A stretch of DNA of 64,000 nucleotides from Malacoraja senta (GCA_038087875.1 CM075993.1:2978001-3042000); one strand, 5' to 3'. Counted from the first letter of the stretch, positions 38,280 to 52,504 are shown. A program made the numbers and translations. The notes: a model not told the origin generated them from the letters alone.

Positions 38280-39877
38280 TTAGTTTTGGAGATGCAGCGT
38301 GGAAACAGGCCCTTTGACCCTCCGAGTCCACGGCGACCAGTCTGAATAAGGGTCTCGACCCGAAACGTGGCTTGGTATAATTGTATAATTGTAAATCGTC
38401 CCTGGTGTGTGTAGGACAGTACCAGAGTACGGGGATCGCTGGTCGTCGGCGGCTCGGTGGGCTGAAGGGCCCGTTTCTGCGCTGTCTCTAAATTAAACTA
38501 AACCTCACTTAGGATTTGTGCTTGTGACTATAAACTGACTTTCACTTGACACCATGTGACCATTGTGTTACTCCAGCACTTTGTGGTCCGGACCTTGGTA
38601 AACCAGCATCTGCAGTTCCTTGTATCGACACCTGCGCACGACGAGCTTTATTAACACAACGAGGAAGAAATATTTAATGACCACCTGTCGAGGAAGGAAC
38701 TGCAGATGCTGGTTTAAACCAAAGATAGACGCAAAAAAGCTGGAGTAACTCAGCGGGACAGGCAGCATCTCTGGAGAGAAGGAATGGGTGACGTTTCGGG
38801 TCGAGACCCTTCTTCAGCCCGCCTAACAGAAATGTGTTCAACTTTTGTCGTACTTACACTTCAATAAATTTCCACCAGTTTTGATTTGCAAACTCATCAT
38901 CTAAACTTGTACGTAGACAAAAATGCCGGAGAAACTCAGCGGGTGAGGCAGCATCTATGGAGCAAAGGAAATAGGCGACGTTTCAGGTCGAGACCCTTCT
39001 TCACTCTAAACTTGAAAGGCTTCTTATTAACAAACAAGTCCCATCCTTCAACAGCTGAGTTTTCATTAATAGTCTTCGTGAAGGGTTAGTTGAAGATTTG
39101 GATTGGAAGGAGAAGCTGTTTCTTGTAAATGTGTAGGAAGGAACTGCAGATGCTGGTTAGACCGAAGATAGACACACAAAAAGCTGGAGTAACTCAGCGG
39201 GACAGGCAGCATCTCTGGAGAAAAAGGAATGGGTGACGTTTTGGGTCGAGACCCACCTTCAGACCGAAGAAGGGTCTCGACCCTGAAACGTCACCTATTC
39301 CTTTTCTCCAGAGATGCTGCCTGACCCGCTATGTAACTTGTAAATGTTCTCTGAAAGTTCTCAAAGGGAAGGGAAAGGAAATACAGCCAGTTTAACTTGG
39401 AAAATGTGTCAATTCATAGGATTTGGGTGTTTGGTATAAAAGGTATTGTATATTTTATAATGGACCAGCTTAGAGCACACGCACACACACACGGCTGAGA
39501 ATATTTCCCAAGCCTTCATCCGCTGTGCTATCCTTGGGGAATGTAGGAAGACACTTTGATTCCCGCTTCCTCCCTCGAGACATTCCAGGAGGCAAAGGCT
39601 TTGGAACAACCTCTATGGTATTTCATTATGAATAAATGATTTATTTATGAATATTACAAGGATTCTGATGAGAAGTTTCACCCGAATGACACAGTTAGAG
39701 GAGAGAGAATGGGAACCACAGAGGCGGGGAGGGATGAAGGGCCATGTTTTTTTTGTTGGAACTTGACTACATTATTCACAATGTCCTCTCGCCACTTTCA
39801 AACCTGTTGCAAACCCGAGGATTTGTGGAGCGTTTCGGATACACCATGATTTTATTTGCAATAATCAAGGCACTTAT

Positions 39878-40305
39878 AGACAATAGACAATAGACAATAG
39901 GTGCAGGAGTAGGCCATTTGGCACTTCGAGCCAGCACCGCCATTCAATGTGATCATGGCTGATCATCCCCAATCAGTACCCCGTTCCTGCCTTCTCCCCA
40001 TATCCCCTGACTCCGCTATTTTTAAGAGCCCTATCGAGCTCTCTCTTGAAATTATCCAGAGAACCTGCCTCCACCGCCCTCTGAGGCAGAGAATTCCACA
40101 GACTCACCACTCTCTGTGAGAAAAAGTGTTTCCTCGTCTCCGTTCTAAATGGCTTACTCCTTATTCTTAAACTGTGGCCCCTGGTTCTGGACTCCCCCAA
40201 CATCGGGAACATGTTTCCTGCCTCTAGCGGGTCCAAGCCCTTAACAATCTTATCTGTTTCAATGAGATACCCTCTCATCCTTCTAAACTCCAGAGTGTAC
40301 AAGCC
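39878..40305 (-). mobile_element. CR1 LINE 3' end
   Basis: ORF 39973-40302; (CTATTGT)n tail. Confidence 0.93.
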
Positions 40306-40976
40306 TTGTCTGTTTTTGTTTCACACAGTGAGGAGGACTATTGCCTCGGAGATGCAGTGAACCAGCTGTGATCCTGACTTTGGGTGCTGTCTGTGTGGAG
40401 TTTGCAGGTCCATTGAAGACCATCACCCGTCTTTGATACCAATCCTACATTAATCTCATTGGCCCCATGTTCCCATCAATGCCCCCTGATAATCTACCAC
40501 TCATCTGCACCCCAGTGGCAATTTATAATCATAAGATCATCAGTGATGGGTGCAGAATTAGGTCATTCGGCCCATCAGTTCTACTCCACCATTCAATCAT
40601 GGCTGATCTATCTCTCCCTCCCAACCCCATTCTCCTGCCTTCTCCCCATAACCTCTGACACCCGTACCTATTAAGAATCAATCTATCTCTGCCTTAAATA
40701 CATCCACTGACTTGATGGGCCGAATGGCCTAATTCAGCTCCTATGACTTATGACCTTATGATATACCCACCACCCATTGTGTAAAAAAGTTGCCCCTCAT
40801 GTTCAAATTAATTCTTCCCCTCTCACCTTAAATGACTGTCACCTGGTTGTTGATAGTTCTACCCTGGGTAAAAGATATTGTGCCATCATCTTATCTATTC
40901 CCCTCATGATTTTATACTCCTCTCAGCCTGTGTGTGATCCTGTTCTTTGTTCTATGTTATCATTGCATGGCAGCTG

Positions 40977-41422
40977 TTTAGTTTAGTTTAGTTTGGAGAT
41001 ACAGCGCGGAAACAGGCCCTTCAGCCCACTGGGTCCACGCCGGCCAGCGATCCCCACACACTAACACTATGCTTACACACTAAGTATAATGTACTGGTAC
41101 AAATGTACATTGTCCCTCGTGTGTGTAGGACGGAAACAGGCCCTTCAGCCCACCGGGTCCACGCCGGCCAGCGATCCCCGCACACTAACACTATCCTACA
41201 CCCACTAGGACAATGTGGGGACATTCACACCAAGCCATTTAACCTACACACCTGTACGTCTTTGGAGTGCGGGAGGAAACCGAAGATCTTGGAGAAAACC
41301 CGCGCAGGTCACGGGGAGAACGTACAAACTCCGTACAGACAGCACCCGTAGTCGGGATCGAACCCGGGTCTCCGGCGCTGCAAGCGCTGTAAGGCAGCGA
41401 CTCTACCGCTGCGCCATTGTGC
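40977..41422 (-). mobile_element. V-SINE with duplicated 3' part
   Basis: Head ~41420-41340; tail segment present twice (40977-41080 and 41132-41210). Confidence 0.85.
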
Positions 41423-42008
41423 CTTGTGGTAAATTTTGACACTCAACTGCTGCTTGTAAGAAGATAGATAAGGAAGAGTAAGGTGTGAAAACAGGGAATG
41501 GTCAAGGAAAATGTGGATAGGCACTAGACACCAAATGCTGGAGCAACTCAGCGGGACAGGCAGCATCTCTGGAGAGAAGGAATTTAACCAACATCTGAGG
41601 TTCCTTCATAAACTAAATAAAGACACTTAAACTGTGTCATCTTTATTTTGAAAGCACTAATATACTGCCCTCTAAAGTCACTTCCTGTGCTTACCTGTAT
41701 TTGAAAATGTATGTTTAATTCATTAAGAGCGTAGCTTCAATTTGCAACATTCTCCATCTGCCAAGTAGTGACCATTAACTTGCTCATGTTGATAGTTCTC
41801 AACTGTAATTGAAAGGCCGTTGCAGTATAAATATGCTGCCTGATCTTTTGGGTTGTCAGATAAATCTGTAATTATTCCCCTTGACAATTACATCGTTATC
41901 CAGAGCAGTTTTCTTCGCCCAAGTTTAACGCATTAAAAGGCGTTTAAATGAAAGTGCGCTCTGCTTCGAAGGAGATTCCAGTGAGGGGACACCTGCGGAA
42001 CGGTAGAT

Positions 42009-42468
<460 letters not shown>

Positions 42469-42469
42469 A

Positions 42470-42885
42470 ACAATAGACAATAGGTGCAGGAGGAGGCCAT
42501 TCGGCCATTCGAGCCAGCACCGCCATTCAATGTGATCATGGCTGATCATCCCCAATCAGTACCCCGTTCCTGCCTTCTCCCCATATCCCCTGACTCCGCT
42601 ATCTTTAAGAGCCCTATCTAGCTCTCTCTTGAAAGCATCCAGAGAACCGGCCTCCACCGCCCTCTGAGGCAGAGAATTCCACAGACTCACCACTCTCTGT
42701 GAGAAAAAAGTGTTTCCTCGTCTCCGTTCTACATGGCTTACCCCTTATTCTTAAACTGTGTGGCCCCTGGTTCTGGACTCCCCCAACATCGGGAACATGT
42801 TTCCTGCCTCTAGCGTGTCCAAGCCCTTAACAATCTTATATGTTTCAATGAGATCCCCTCTCATCCTTCTAAACTCCAGAGTGTG
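42470..42885 (-). mobile_element. CR1 LINE 3' end
   Basis: Homologous to 39878-40305. Confidence 0.92.
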
Positions 42886-43040
42886 GAGTTGAGTGTGTGC
42901 TCTAGTTGAGTAGAAGTATGCGACTGTCATTTGTCAATGGTTGGGTTGGAGAAAGCACGAGAATGGGGCGAGAGGGAAAGATAGACCAACCACGATTGTA
43001 TGAATGGTGGAATAGACTCAATGGGCCGAATGGCCTACTT

Positions 43041-43345
43041 TTAGTTTCGTTTAGTTTGTTTAAAGATACAGCGTGGAAACACTGAGTCCACACCGACCAG
43101 CGATACACACACACTAACACTTTCCTAAACACACTGGGGACAACTTACAACTTTACCGAAGCCAATTAACATGTAAACCTGTACGTCTTTAGAATGTGGG
43201 AGGAAGCCGAAGATCTCGGAGAAAACCCACGCAGGTCACGGGGAGAACGTACAAACTCCGTGCAGATAGCGCCCGTAGTCAGGATTCGAACTCGGGTCTC
43301 TGGCGCTGTAAGGTAGCATCTTTACCGCTGCGCCACCGTGCCGCC
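43041..43345 (-). mobile_element. V-SINE (HE1-like)
   Basis: Reverse-strand head, V-domain and tail. Confidence 0.85.
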
Positions 43346-43419
43346 CAATTCTGCACCAATGCCTTATGGACTTATGGACTAAAGTGTCTGTCTCCCAGCT
43401 CAGTGAGTAACACTGATCA

Positions 43420-43775
43420 TAAGATCATAAGTAATAGGAGCAGAATTATGCCATTCGGCCCATCAAATCTACTCCGCCATTCATTCATGGCTGATCTATC
43501 TCTCCCTCCTAACTCCATTCTCCTGCCTTCTCCCCATAACCCCTGACACCCGTACTAATCAAGAATCTATCTATCTCTGCCTTAAAAATATCCATTGACT
43601 TGGCCTCCACAGCCTTCTGTGGCAAAGAATCCCACAGATTCACCACCCTCTGACTAAAGAAATTCCTCCTCATCTCCTTCCTAAAGGAACATCCTTTAAT
43701 TCTGAGGCTGTGACCTCTGGTCCTGGACTCTCCCACTGGTGGAAACATCTTCCCCACATCCACTCTATCCAAGTC
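43420..43775 (-). mobile_element. CR1 LINE 3' end, second subfamily
   Basis: LDRVDVGKMFPPVGESRTRGHSLRIKG..KAVEAKSMDIFKAEIDRFL. Confidence 0.92.
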
Positions 43776-43816
43776 TGCTCTCAATTCTTTCAGTGCCGGC
43801 TGACTCTGTATATGTA

Positions 43817-43855
<39 letters not shown>

Positions 43856-46048
43856 CAGCATTTTCTAGTTTCCCTTCATCTCGATTCATACCCTGTCTGG
43901 AATAAGCAGCCAAAGTAAATGATAGGAGAAAATAACCACTTTATTAAAATTTAAATGGTCACAAACCCATTTAGTATGATTCCCACATGCACAAATTTTC
44001 TGATTGTCACTCACTGCTAGAAGGCAGAAAATATCTTAAACCTAATTTATGGCAGTCAACTTTACGGAGTCTGCATTCTACAGCCTAAATATAATCTGAC
44101 TATATGCATTAAGAATTGCCTTGGTTGACTATATAATACTGAGTCATGCATTGAATTGTATCTCTCGTGGACCCAGATTTTATTGCTCTGCGCATAGGGA
44201 TTTTCATTGACTTATTGCTAAATAATGCAAAGATATTATTCTTTCCACATTTTTATTTAGCACAAGGAAGATAAATTCTGGGACGAGCTGTGTTTGCAAA
44301 TGGGACTGATTTCTACCTTGCTGGGAATTAGTGTCAAATGCAATTTCGAGCAAAAAGTGATTTGGAGTTGTAACCCTATTTCCGATGCTTAATTCTCGAG
44401 ATAGAACGGCTCCCACTCCTTGTAACTCCTCTCTTTAATCTAATCAAGTCCAACTGCAGATTATCTGCCCACATTACTCACGAAACTCATTTAAAGAGCT
44501 TGAGAACAAGAACAGGAATCAGCTTGAGAAAGAACCGCAGATGCTGGAAAAATCGAAGGTAGACAAAAATGCTGGAGAAACTCAGCGGGTGAGGCAGCAT
44601 CTATGGAGCGAAGGAACAGGGACCTATTCCTTCGCTCCATAGATGTAACCTGACCCGACCCGACCCGTAATCCATTTCAGTATCCCGACCCGACCCGACC
44701 CGACTCGCAGTGTAATCACGTTGCGGGGGAACAGTTTGTGTTAATAAATTTAAAATTCTGAAAATGAGGAGAAGATTTTTACCAAAGAACTTTTATTTTT
44801 ACCAGGATGTTTCCGTAACCGGCTTCCGTCTCCGCACTAGGTATCGTTGCTCCGCTACGGGATCTTTGGTGCGGAAGACGGAAGCCGGTTACGGAAATGG
44901 GGCCGAAAATGACCCACGAATCTGCCTGTGACCGTACTATGTATTTTTCGTCGAGTGGACTATCTTGCTCGCTATGGGATCTTTGACCAAAATTGTACGC
45001 AATACTCCAATGTGGTCTTACCAGAGCCCTATATAACCTAAGAAAAGATCACCAATCCCAAAACAAGAAATCCAGGCCATTACATTTTTGAAACCTTTTG
45101 TTTCCCTGCATTTAATATTAAATTTCTTTTTTTTTATAAAATGTGAATCTGAATTTATTTCGGTTCTAAGAAGTTCACACCACCCAGTACGCGTAGTAAC
45201 TAATTCTATCCAGGATAATGTGGTAATTATATATCTGGTCCCTCAGGGCATAAAAGTCATTACCCGACAATTCTTTGCATACTCAGGAATTATATGCATC
45301 CTATCCAAATGTGTCTGGCAATTCTGTAATGTCAGTTTAAAGAATCAATTCAATTCCAGAGCATCTCCCTCATGGTTATTAAGATCACGGCGTTCCTGTC
45401 TGGATCCTACACTGGATACTGCGAACGCCCTCATCTTAGACAGGTCCTTCACAATGTTTAAGAAGGAACTGCAGATGCTGGAAAATCGAAGGTAGACAAA
45501 AGTGCTGGAGAAACTCAGCGGGTGCAGCAGCATCTATGCAGCGAAGGAAATAGGCAACGTTTCGGGTCGAAACCCTGAAGAAATAGGCAATGTTTCGGGC
45601 CGAAACCCGGAAGGGTTTCGTCCCGAAACGTGCCTATTTCCCTTCGCTCCATAGATGCTGCCTCACCCGCTGAGTATCTCGGTCCTTCACAATGCTGTCT
45701 GGAGAGGAGAGGGAGAAGATTTAGGAAATTTTATCTCTGTCTGCTCTGTTGTCACCTTCCCCAAACTAACAATGATCTATTCTACATTTTCCTCGTGCTT
45801 CGTCTCTGTTGATGTCTTGTTTTCACACCTTGCCCTTCTTCTCTCTGTGTCTCCTCTCCCCTGACTCTCGGCCCTGAAGAAGGCTCTCGACGCGAAACGT
45901 CGCCCATTCCTTCTCTCCTGGGATGCTGCCTGACCCGCTGAGTTTCTCCAGCATTTTGTGTCTATCTTTGAGCTAGTGAATATTTTCACCGCCTGTGTGT
46001 TGTGTTGGCTTAAGAAAGGGACGTGCTTGTTTATGGAAGTACATTTTT

Positions 46049-46465
46049 CTCCGCTCAGTCCGTCTTAACCTACCTGATCTCCTGGTGGTTCAGCTCTTCA
46101 ACTCCCCTCCCATTCCCAATCTGACCTTTGCTGTCCTGGGCCTCCTCCATTGTCAGAGTGAGGCCCAGCGCAAATTAGATGAACAGCATCTCATATTTCC
46201 CTTGGGTAGTTTCCACCCAGCGGTAGGAACTTTCTCCTCTAACTTCAGGTAGCCCTTGCTTTCTCTCTCCATCCCCCTTCCCAGTTCTCCCACCAGTCCT
46301 ACTGTCTCCGACTACATTCTATCTTTGTCCCGCCCCCTCCACCGACATCAGTCTGAAGAAGGGTCTCGACCCGAAGCGTCGCCCATTCTTTCTCTCCAGA
46401 AATGCTGCCTGTCCCGCTGAGTTACTCCAGCATGTTGTGTCTCCCTTCGATTTAAACCAGCATCA
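46049..46465 (+). mobile_element. Penelope-like element 3' end: GIY-YIG C-terminal remnant, 3'UTR and hammerhead/pLTR
   Basis: LRSVR..PDL.V.Q.FNSP..VLGLLHCQSEAQRKLDEQHLIF.LGS; hammerhead-like motif at ~46353-46380. Confidence 0.8.
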
Positions 46466-46685
46466 TATTCTACCCATTTTACTGGCTAACTGCGTGGGTC
46501 TTTGATATTGAAATTAGGCCTTTGGAATTCACTACCTTCACTGGATTCGATTTGTTAGTTGAACAGTGGTGTTGCTCGGAACAAGTGTGAAGAAGGGTCC
46601 CGACCCGAAACATCGCTGATCCTTTTTCTCCAGAGATGCTGCCTGTCCCGCTGAGTTACTCCAGCATTTTGTGTCCATCTTAGTT

Positions 46686-47030
46686 TTTAGGTTAGTTTAG
46701 CTTAGAGATACAGCGCAGAAACAGGCCCTTCGGCCCACCGAGTCCGCACCGGCCAGAGATCCCGGTACACTAGTACTCTCCTACACACACTAGGGACAAT
46801 TTACAGAAGCCAATTAACCTGCGAGCCTGCACGTCTTTGGAAGTGTGGGAGGAAACCGAAACCCGCGCAGGTCACGGGGAGAACGTACAAACTCCGACCA
46901 AGTATTCACATACAAGGAATTTGCCTTGGTGCTCCGCCCACAAGTAACAACATGACATACAGTGACAGTTATGAATGACTCAGAAAACAGGTAGTCGGGA
47001 TCGAACCCAGGTCTCTGGCGCTGCGAGGCC
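46686..47030 (-). mobile_element. V-SINE containing a Rex1 3'UTR fragment (46897-46990)
   Basis: The insert matches 48117-48210. Confidence 0.75.
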
Positions 47031-48085
47031 ACCATCTAGAATGCGAGTTCACTTTAATGCCCGTGCGTGGTGAATGACCTCGCTGAGAATGGTCGTGGGT
47101 CTGCAATAAAGGTGAGTTGGTGCCTGTCGTATTTTCGACCAACCGTTCCCTCTCACAAGGCAAATTCCAGCATCGATTCTAACCTTTCTGGTGCTGATAT
47201 CCGCTCAGAAACACCAACCCTGACAACCCCCCCCCCCCCCCCCCCCACCCCGCCCCCCCCCCATTCCGTGTCTCAATGAACTCACCACTCGTTCTTTCCA
47301 GCAACACTGGGCGTAGACCAATTTTCCACAACCTCTCCTCGTAGATTAGCCACGGAGACAATGGCTAATGGATGGAATCTCCCAGTCACTGTAGCGCATT
47401 TGAAAAATATGAGCAGATTAATAATTTCACTGTTACGTTAAAGTAATTCATTGCAATGCGATGATTCTCACTTAATCACCATCTCTTCATAAGATTTGCA
47501 AAGACAATTTGAATATTCAGTTGATATGATTTTAATTAGGATGAGATTCATCGCTTGTCCATATCCAATTGAACAAACACCATTTGCCAAGTTAAATACA
47601 CTTTCGAAGAGTATTTTCATAAAACTCACAGCCATTACCCGAGCATTTTCCTCTCAGCTGTGCTTGTCATTAATTTTTCTTGATAAATTAAGAATCAGTA
47701 AATTGCTATATTAATTACAGTTTGATTTATAAATATTTTCAGTCTGTTCAACATGTTCATAAATTATGTACAAACATTATTAAACATAATAATGAAAAGG
47801 TATAATCAGGATTTATGAACGCCTCAAGTAATTTTCTGGTCGTAGAATTTTGCAGATTGATCACCTAAAAATGATCTTCCCGCTAATTGAAGGAATCAAT
47901 TATTTTTTGGGGTCTGCTGCGTCATAAATGCACGTGGAAGTGCATACGATGTAATCTTTCATGGTGACAGTTCCGACTTTGTTAACAGATTGTCTAATGA
48001 AGCTTTGTGAGGAGACAGACACAGAATGCTGGAGTAACTCCGCGGGACAGGCATCATCTCTCGAGAGAAGGAATGGGTGACGTTT

Positions 48086-48980
48086 AAGTAAGTAAGTAAG
48101 TAAGTACGTTTATTGGCCAAGTATTCACATACAAGGAATTTGCCTTGGTGCTCCGCCCACAAGTAACATCATGACATACAGTGACAGTTACGAATGACTC
48201 AGAAAACACTAAACATGAATAATAATAATAAGACATTAATGATAAAACACCATTGATCAAGCATGTGAACAAACACCATTGATCAAGCATGTGAACCAAC
48301 AAAATACCAGTTCAAAGGGAGGCTACAGATTTTTGGCTGTTGAGTAGAGCAACTACTCGTGGATAAAAACTGTTTTTATGTCTGGCTGTGGCAGCTTTGA
48401 CAGTCCGGAGTCGCCTTCCAGAGGGAAGTGATTCAAAGAGTTTGTGGCCAGGGTGAGAGGGGTCAGAGATGATCTTGCCCGCTCGCTTCCTGGCCCTTGC
48501 AGTGTACAGTTCGTCCTCAATGGAGGGAAGGTTGCAGCCAATAACCTTCTCAGCTGATCGGACGATTCGCTGCAGCCTCCAGGTGTCGTGCTTGGTGGCT
48601 GAGCCAAACCAGACCATGATGGAGAAGGTGAGAACAGACTCTACGATGGCCGTGTAGAATTGGACCAGATTGTGCTTCCTCAGCTGCCATAGGAAGTACA
48701 TCCTCTGTTGTGCCTTTTTGACTGTGGAGTCGATGGTGGCCCCCACTTAAGGTCCTTGGAGATGATGGTTCCCAGGAACTTAAAAGACTCCACAGATGTG
48801 ACTGTGGTGTTGTTGATGGTGAGTGGGGTGAGGGGAGGGGGAGCTCTCCTAAAGTCTACAATCAATTCCACTGTCTTAAGAGCACTGAGCTCCAGGTTGT
48901 TGCGATGGCACCAGGATGCCAGCTGTAACACTTCCTGTCTGTAGGCAGATTCCTCCCCATCTTGGGTCAGTCCAATCAGG
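48086..48980 (-). mobile_element. Rex1/Babar-clade LINE RT C-terminal fragment, frameshifted, with (TTAC)n tail
   Basis: WCHRNNLELSALKTVELIVDFRR..FKFLGTIISKDLKW / KKAQQRMYFL..LPSGRRLR..NSFYP. Confidence 0.9.
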
Positions 48981-49896
48981 ACAGGGTGACAAAACAGGAC
49001 AAAGGGAATAGAGATCAAGGAAAATGTAGAATAGATAATCTTGATCCCCATTCCCTTTGTCCTGTTATCACACCTTGCACTTTCTTATCTATGTATCTCT
49101 CTCTCTCCCCTGACATCAGTCTGAAGAAGGGTCTTGAACCAAAATGTCACCTGTTCCTTCTCTCCAGAGATGTGCCTGTCCCGCTGAGTTACTCCAGCAC
49201 TTTGTGTCTATCTTCGGTTTAAACCGTGCATCTGCAGTTCCTTCCTGCACTAAATAAAGAACTGTGTCATCATTATCTTAAAAGCACGGTTGCAGGGGAA
49301 AATACCCGGAGCAGTTTGTGAGGATACTGTGCTCACAAGCCTGATTCGCAGCCGTCATCCCTCAGTAGTCAGATGGTGCAGCGATGATAAAAGCTCTGAG
49401 GCTGAGCGACTAATATCACAAATAAAGGAAATGGCAACAAAAAAACCTCAGAGATCTTCCGTTTCCTCCCACATTCCAAAGACGTGCAGCTTTGTTGGTT
49501 AATTGGCTTGGTAGATGTATAGGATAGCGTTTGTGTGCGGTGATTGCTGGTCGGTGCGGACCCGGTGGGCCGAAGGGCCTGTTTCCGCTCTGTATCTCGA
49601 AACTAAACTATATCCTGCTTTCGTTTAGTTTGAGTCACAGACTTCTACAGTAACAGGTCCTTTAATCCAACTGATCTGTGCCAACCAGGAAGCTTGGTCG
49701 TAGGACGCACTTCTTGTCTGAAGAAGGGTTTCGGCCCGAAACGTTGCCTATTTCCTTCGCTCCCTAGATGCTGCTGCACCCGCTGAGTTTCTCCAGCATT
49801 TTTGTGTACCTGCCCATCTAAGCTTGTTCCATTTGGCTGCTTTGGGCCTATATCCCTTTATAGACCATTCCAATACAAGTACCTGCCCAAATCCTT

Positions 49897-50217
49897 AGTT
49901 TATGTTAGTTTAGTTCAGTTTAGTTCAGAGATACAGCGTGGAAACAGGCCTTTCGGCCCACCATGTCTACGCCGACCAGCGATCCCCGCACACTAACACT
50001 CTCCTACACGCACCAGGGACAATTTACAAATTGCAGAAGCCAATTAACCTACAAACCTTTGCACGTCTTTGGAGTGTGGGAGGAAATCGGAGCACCCGGA
50101 GAAAACCCACGTGGGTGACGGGGAGAACGTACAAACTCCGCACAGACAGCACCCGTTAGTCAGGATCGAACCCGGGTCTCCGGCGCTGTGAGGCAGCAAC
50201 TCTACCGCTGCGCCACC
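49897..50217 (-). mobile_element. V-SINE (HE1-like)
   Basis: Reverse-strand full structure. Confidence 0.88.
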
Positions 50218-50676
50218 CATTGGTTGGACAACAGAGGAGTTACTTCACTGGAGAGCCGCGTGCGTCTGCAAGCAGTGAGCTAAGCAAGGGGGCTCAGAGG
50301 ATATTGAAAATGGCTGTAAGCAAATCCCTGCTTTGATTCCCCTCTTCCTCGTGCTCTGAGCCTTGAGTGCACTTTTTTGTTGATCTCAATCAAAAAATAG
50401 TCTGCAACGGAGACCCTCGTTCTTTGGATGGCTTACTGCTGTAAATCTGCTGGGGGATTTTTTTTATCATAAGGCTGTAAGAGTACACTTGAGCTTGCTT
50501 ATTGAATCTCACATTTAGTTTAGGTTAGTTTAGTTTAGAGGGACAGCGCGGAAACAGGCCCTTCGGCCCATCGAGTCCGCACCGACCAGCGATCCCCGCA
50601 CACTAACGCTACCGTACACACACCAGGGACAATTTTGCATTTATACAAAGCCATTTAAATAAACCGAGTCATTTAA

Positions 50677-50898
50677 AGGGCCTGTCCCACTGTACGAGTC
50701 ATCCCGACTATTTTTTTACTCGTGGACATTTTTCATCAGGATGAAAAAACATCCCGACTTTTACCTGATGCCCCGAGTACCTACGGCTGGCACAACGAGC
50801 CGCTACGAAGCATCCACGAACTCCTGCGGCCTCCTACGGACTCGTTACGAACATTCTGCGAGAATTCGTGAATTACCTCGTACAGTGGGACAGGCCCT
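50677..50898. mobile_element. Harbinger-like MITE inside a V-SINE
   Basis: 19-bp TIR AGGGCCTGTCCCACTGTAC with TAA on both flanks. Confidence 0.85.
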
Positions 50899-50987
50899 TA
50901 ACCTACAAACCTGTACAATAGACAACAGGTGCAGGAGGAGGCCATTCGGCCCTTCGAGCCAGCACCGCCATTCAATGTGATCATGGC

Positions 50988-51527
50988 TCCAAATCTGAGG
51001 AAGGACATTATAGCCATAGAGGGAGTGCAGAGAAGGTTCACCAGACTGATTCCTGGGATGTCAGGACTGTCTTATGAAGAAAGACTGGATAGACTTGGCT
51101 TATACTCGCTAGAATTTAGGAGATTGAGAGGGGATCTTATAGAAACGTACAAAATTCTTATGGGGTTGGACAGGCTAGATGCAGGAAGATTGTTCCCGAT
51201 GTTGGGGATGTCCAGGACAAGAGGTCACAGCTTAAGGATAAGGGGGAAATCCATTAAAACCGAGATGAGAAGAACTTTTTTCACACAAAGAGTGGTGAAT
51301 CTCTGGAACTCTCTGCCACAGAGGGTAGTTGAGGCCAGTTCATTGGCTATATTTAAGAGGGAGTTAGATGTGGCCCTTGTGGCTAAGGGGATCAGAGGGT
51401 ATGGAGAGAAGGCAGGTCCGGGATACCGAGTTGGATGATCAGCCATGATCATATTGAATGGCGGTGCCGGCTCGAAGGGCTGAATGGCCTACTCCTGCAC
51501 CTAATTTCTATGTTTCTATGTTTCTAT
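50988..51527 (+). mobile_element. CR1 LINE 3' fragment nested in an opposite-strand CR1 (50917-51695)
   Basis: PNLRKDIIAIEGVQRRFTRLIPG..; ATGGCT at both junctions. Confidence 0.9.
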
Positions 51528-52504
51528 GGCTGATCATCCCCAATCAGTACCCCGTTCCTGCCTTCTCCCCATATCCCCTGACTCCGCTATCTTTAAGAGC
51601 CCTATCTAGCTCTCTCTTGAAAGTATCCGGAGAACCGGCCTCCACCGCCCTCTGAGGCAGAGAATTCCACAGACTCACCACTCTCTGTGAGAGAAAGAGA
51701 GTCTTTAGAGTGTGGGAGGAAACCGAAGATCTTGGAGAAAACCCGCGCAGGTCACGGGGAGAACGTGCAGACTCCGTAGTGAGGATCGGACCCGGGTCTC
51801 TGGCGCTGTGAGGCAGCAACTCTACCGCTGCGCCACCGTGCCGCCCTTGGATATGTCTTCAGGTTATTCCATCCTTATATTTGCCTTCTTACATTTGATT
51901 TGATCTTTCAATTATATTAACTGCATTATCTAAACATTGACTGGACTGTTTTTATCCCATTAACCTGATTTAAGTCTCCACTTTCATTCCATACTTGGTA
52001 TTGGAATGACATACATTTAGTTGCCTCATATGCAATTTTTAACGTCTGTCTATATTAACTTAATTCACCATTTGCTAATTCAGCTGGGTAACTTTGGCTT
52101 TTATGTAAGCATTCCTGGGGCTTTGCGAGCAAGGCCAGAATGTTTTGGTCTTCTTTGAAATGGTGCAGTCGGGATCAAACCCGGGTCTCTGGAGCTGTGA
52201 TGCAGGAACTCTACCGCTGCACCACTGTGCTGCCCACATGTAAGTGTTGACAAGCCTTTAAGATCTGAGTATAACATAGGCAAGACTAAAAGATACATTG
52301 CTGTTCCTAGATCATAGGGTCGTTAAGCTCCACTTGGGGAAAGGGGAAAAAGCAGGGCAATGAGATTGAAGTTCCACAAGGAACTAACGCAAACTGGATG
52401 GACTGAATGGCCTCTTAGTTATAATGTCAAACAGTGCGGAAACAGGCCATTAGGCCCAACCTGCCCACGCTGACCAAGATGCCCCATCTACACTACTGCC
52501 AACT

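Noticed and set aside
47286..47388. Possible minus-strand exon (CAG acceptor, GTGAGT donor; open frame TGRFHPLAIVSVANLRGEVVENWSTPSVAGKNE)
   Set aside because: The polypyrimidine tract is weak, the peptide is not recognisable and no partner exons were found; RNA-seq or tBLASTn would be needed
48312..49051. Functional reverse transcriptase gene
   Set aside because: A 5'-truncated, frameshifted Rex1 fragment that lacks the catalytic core; the CR1 ORFs in the window are likewise 3' fragments
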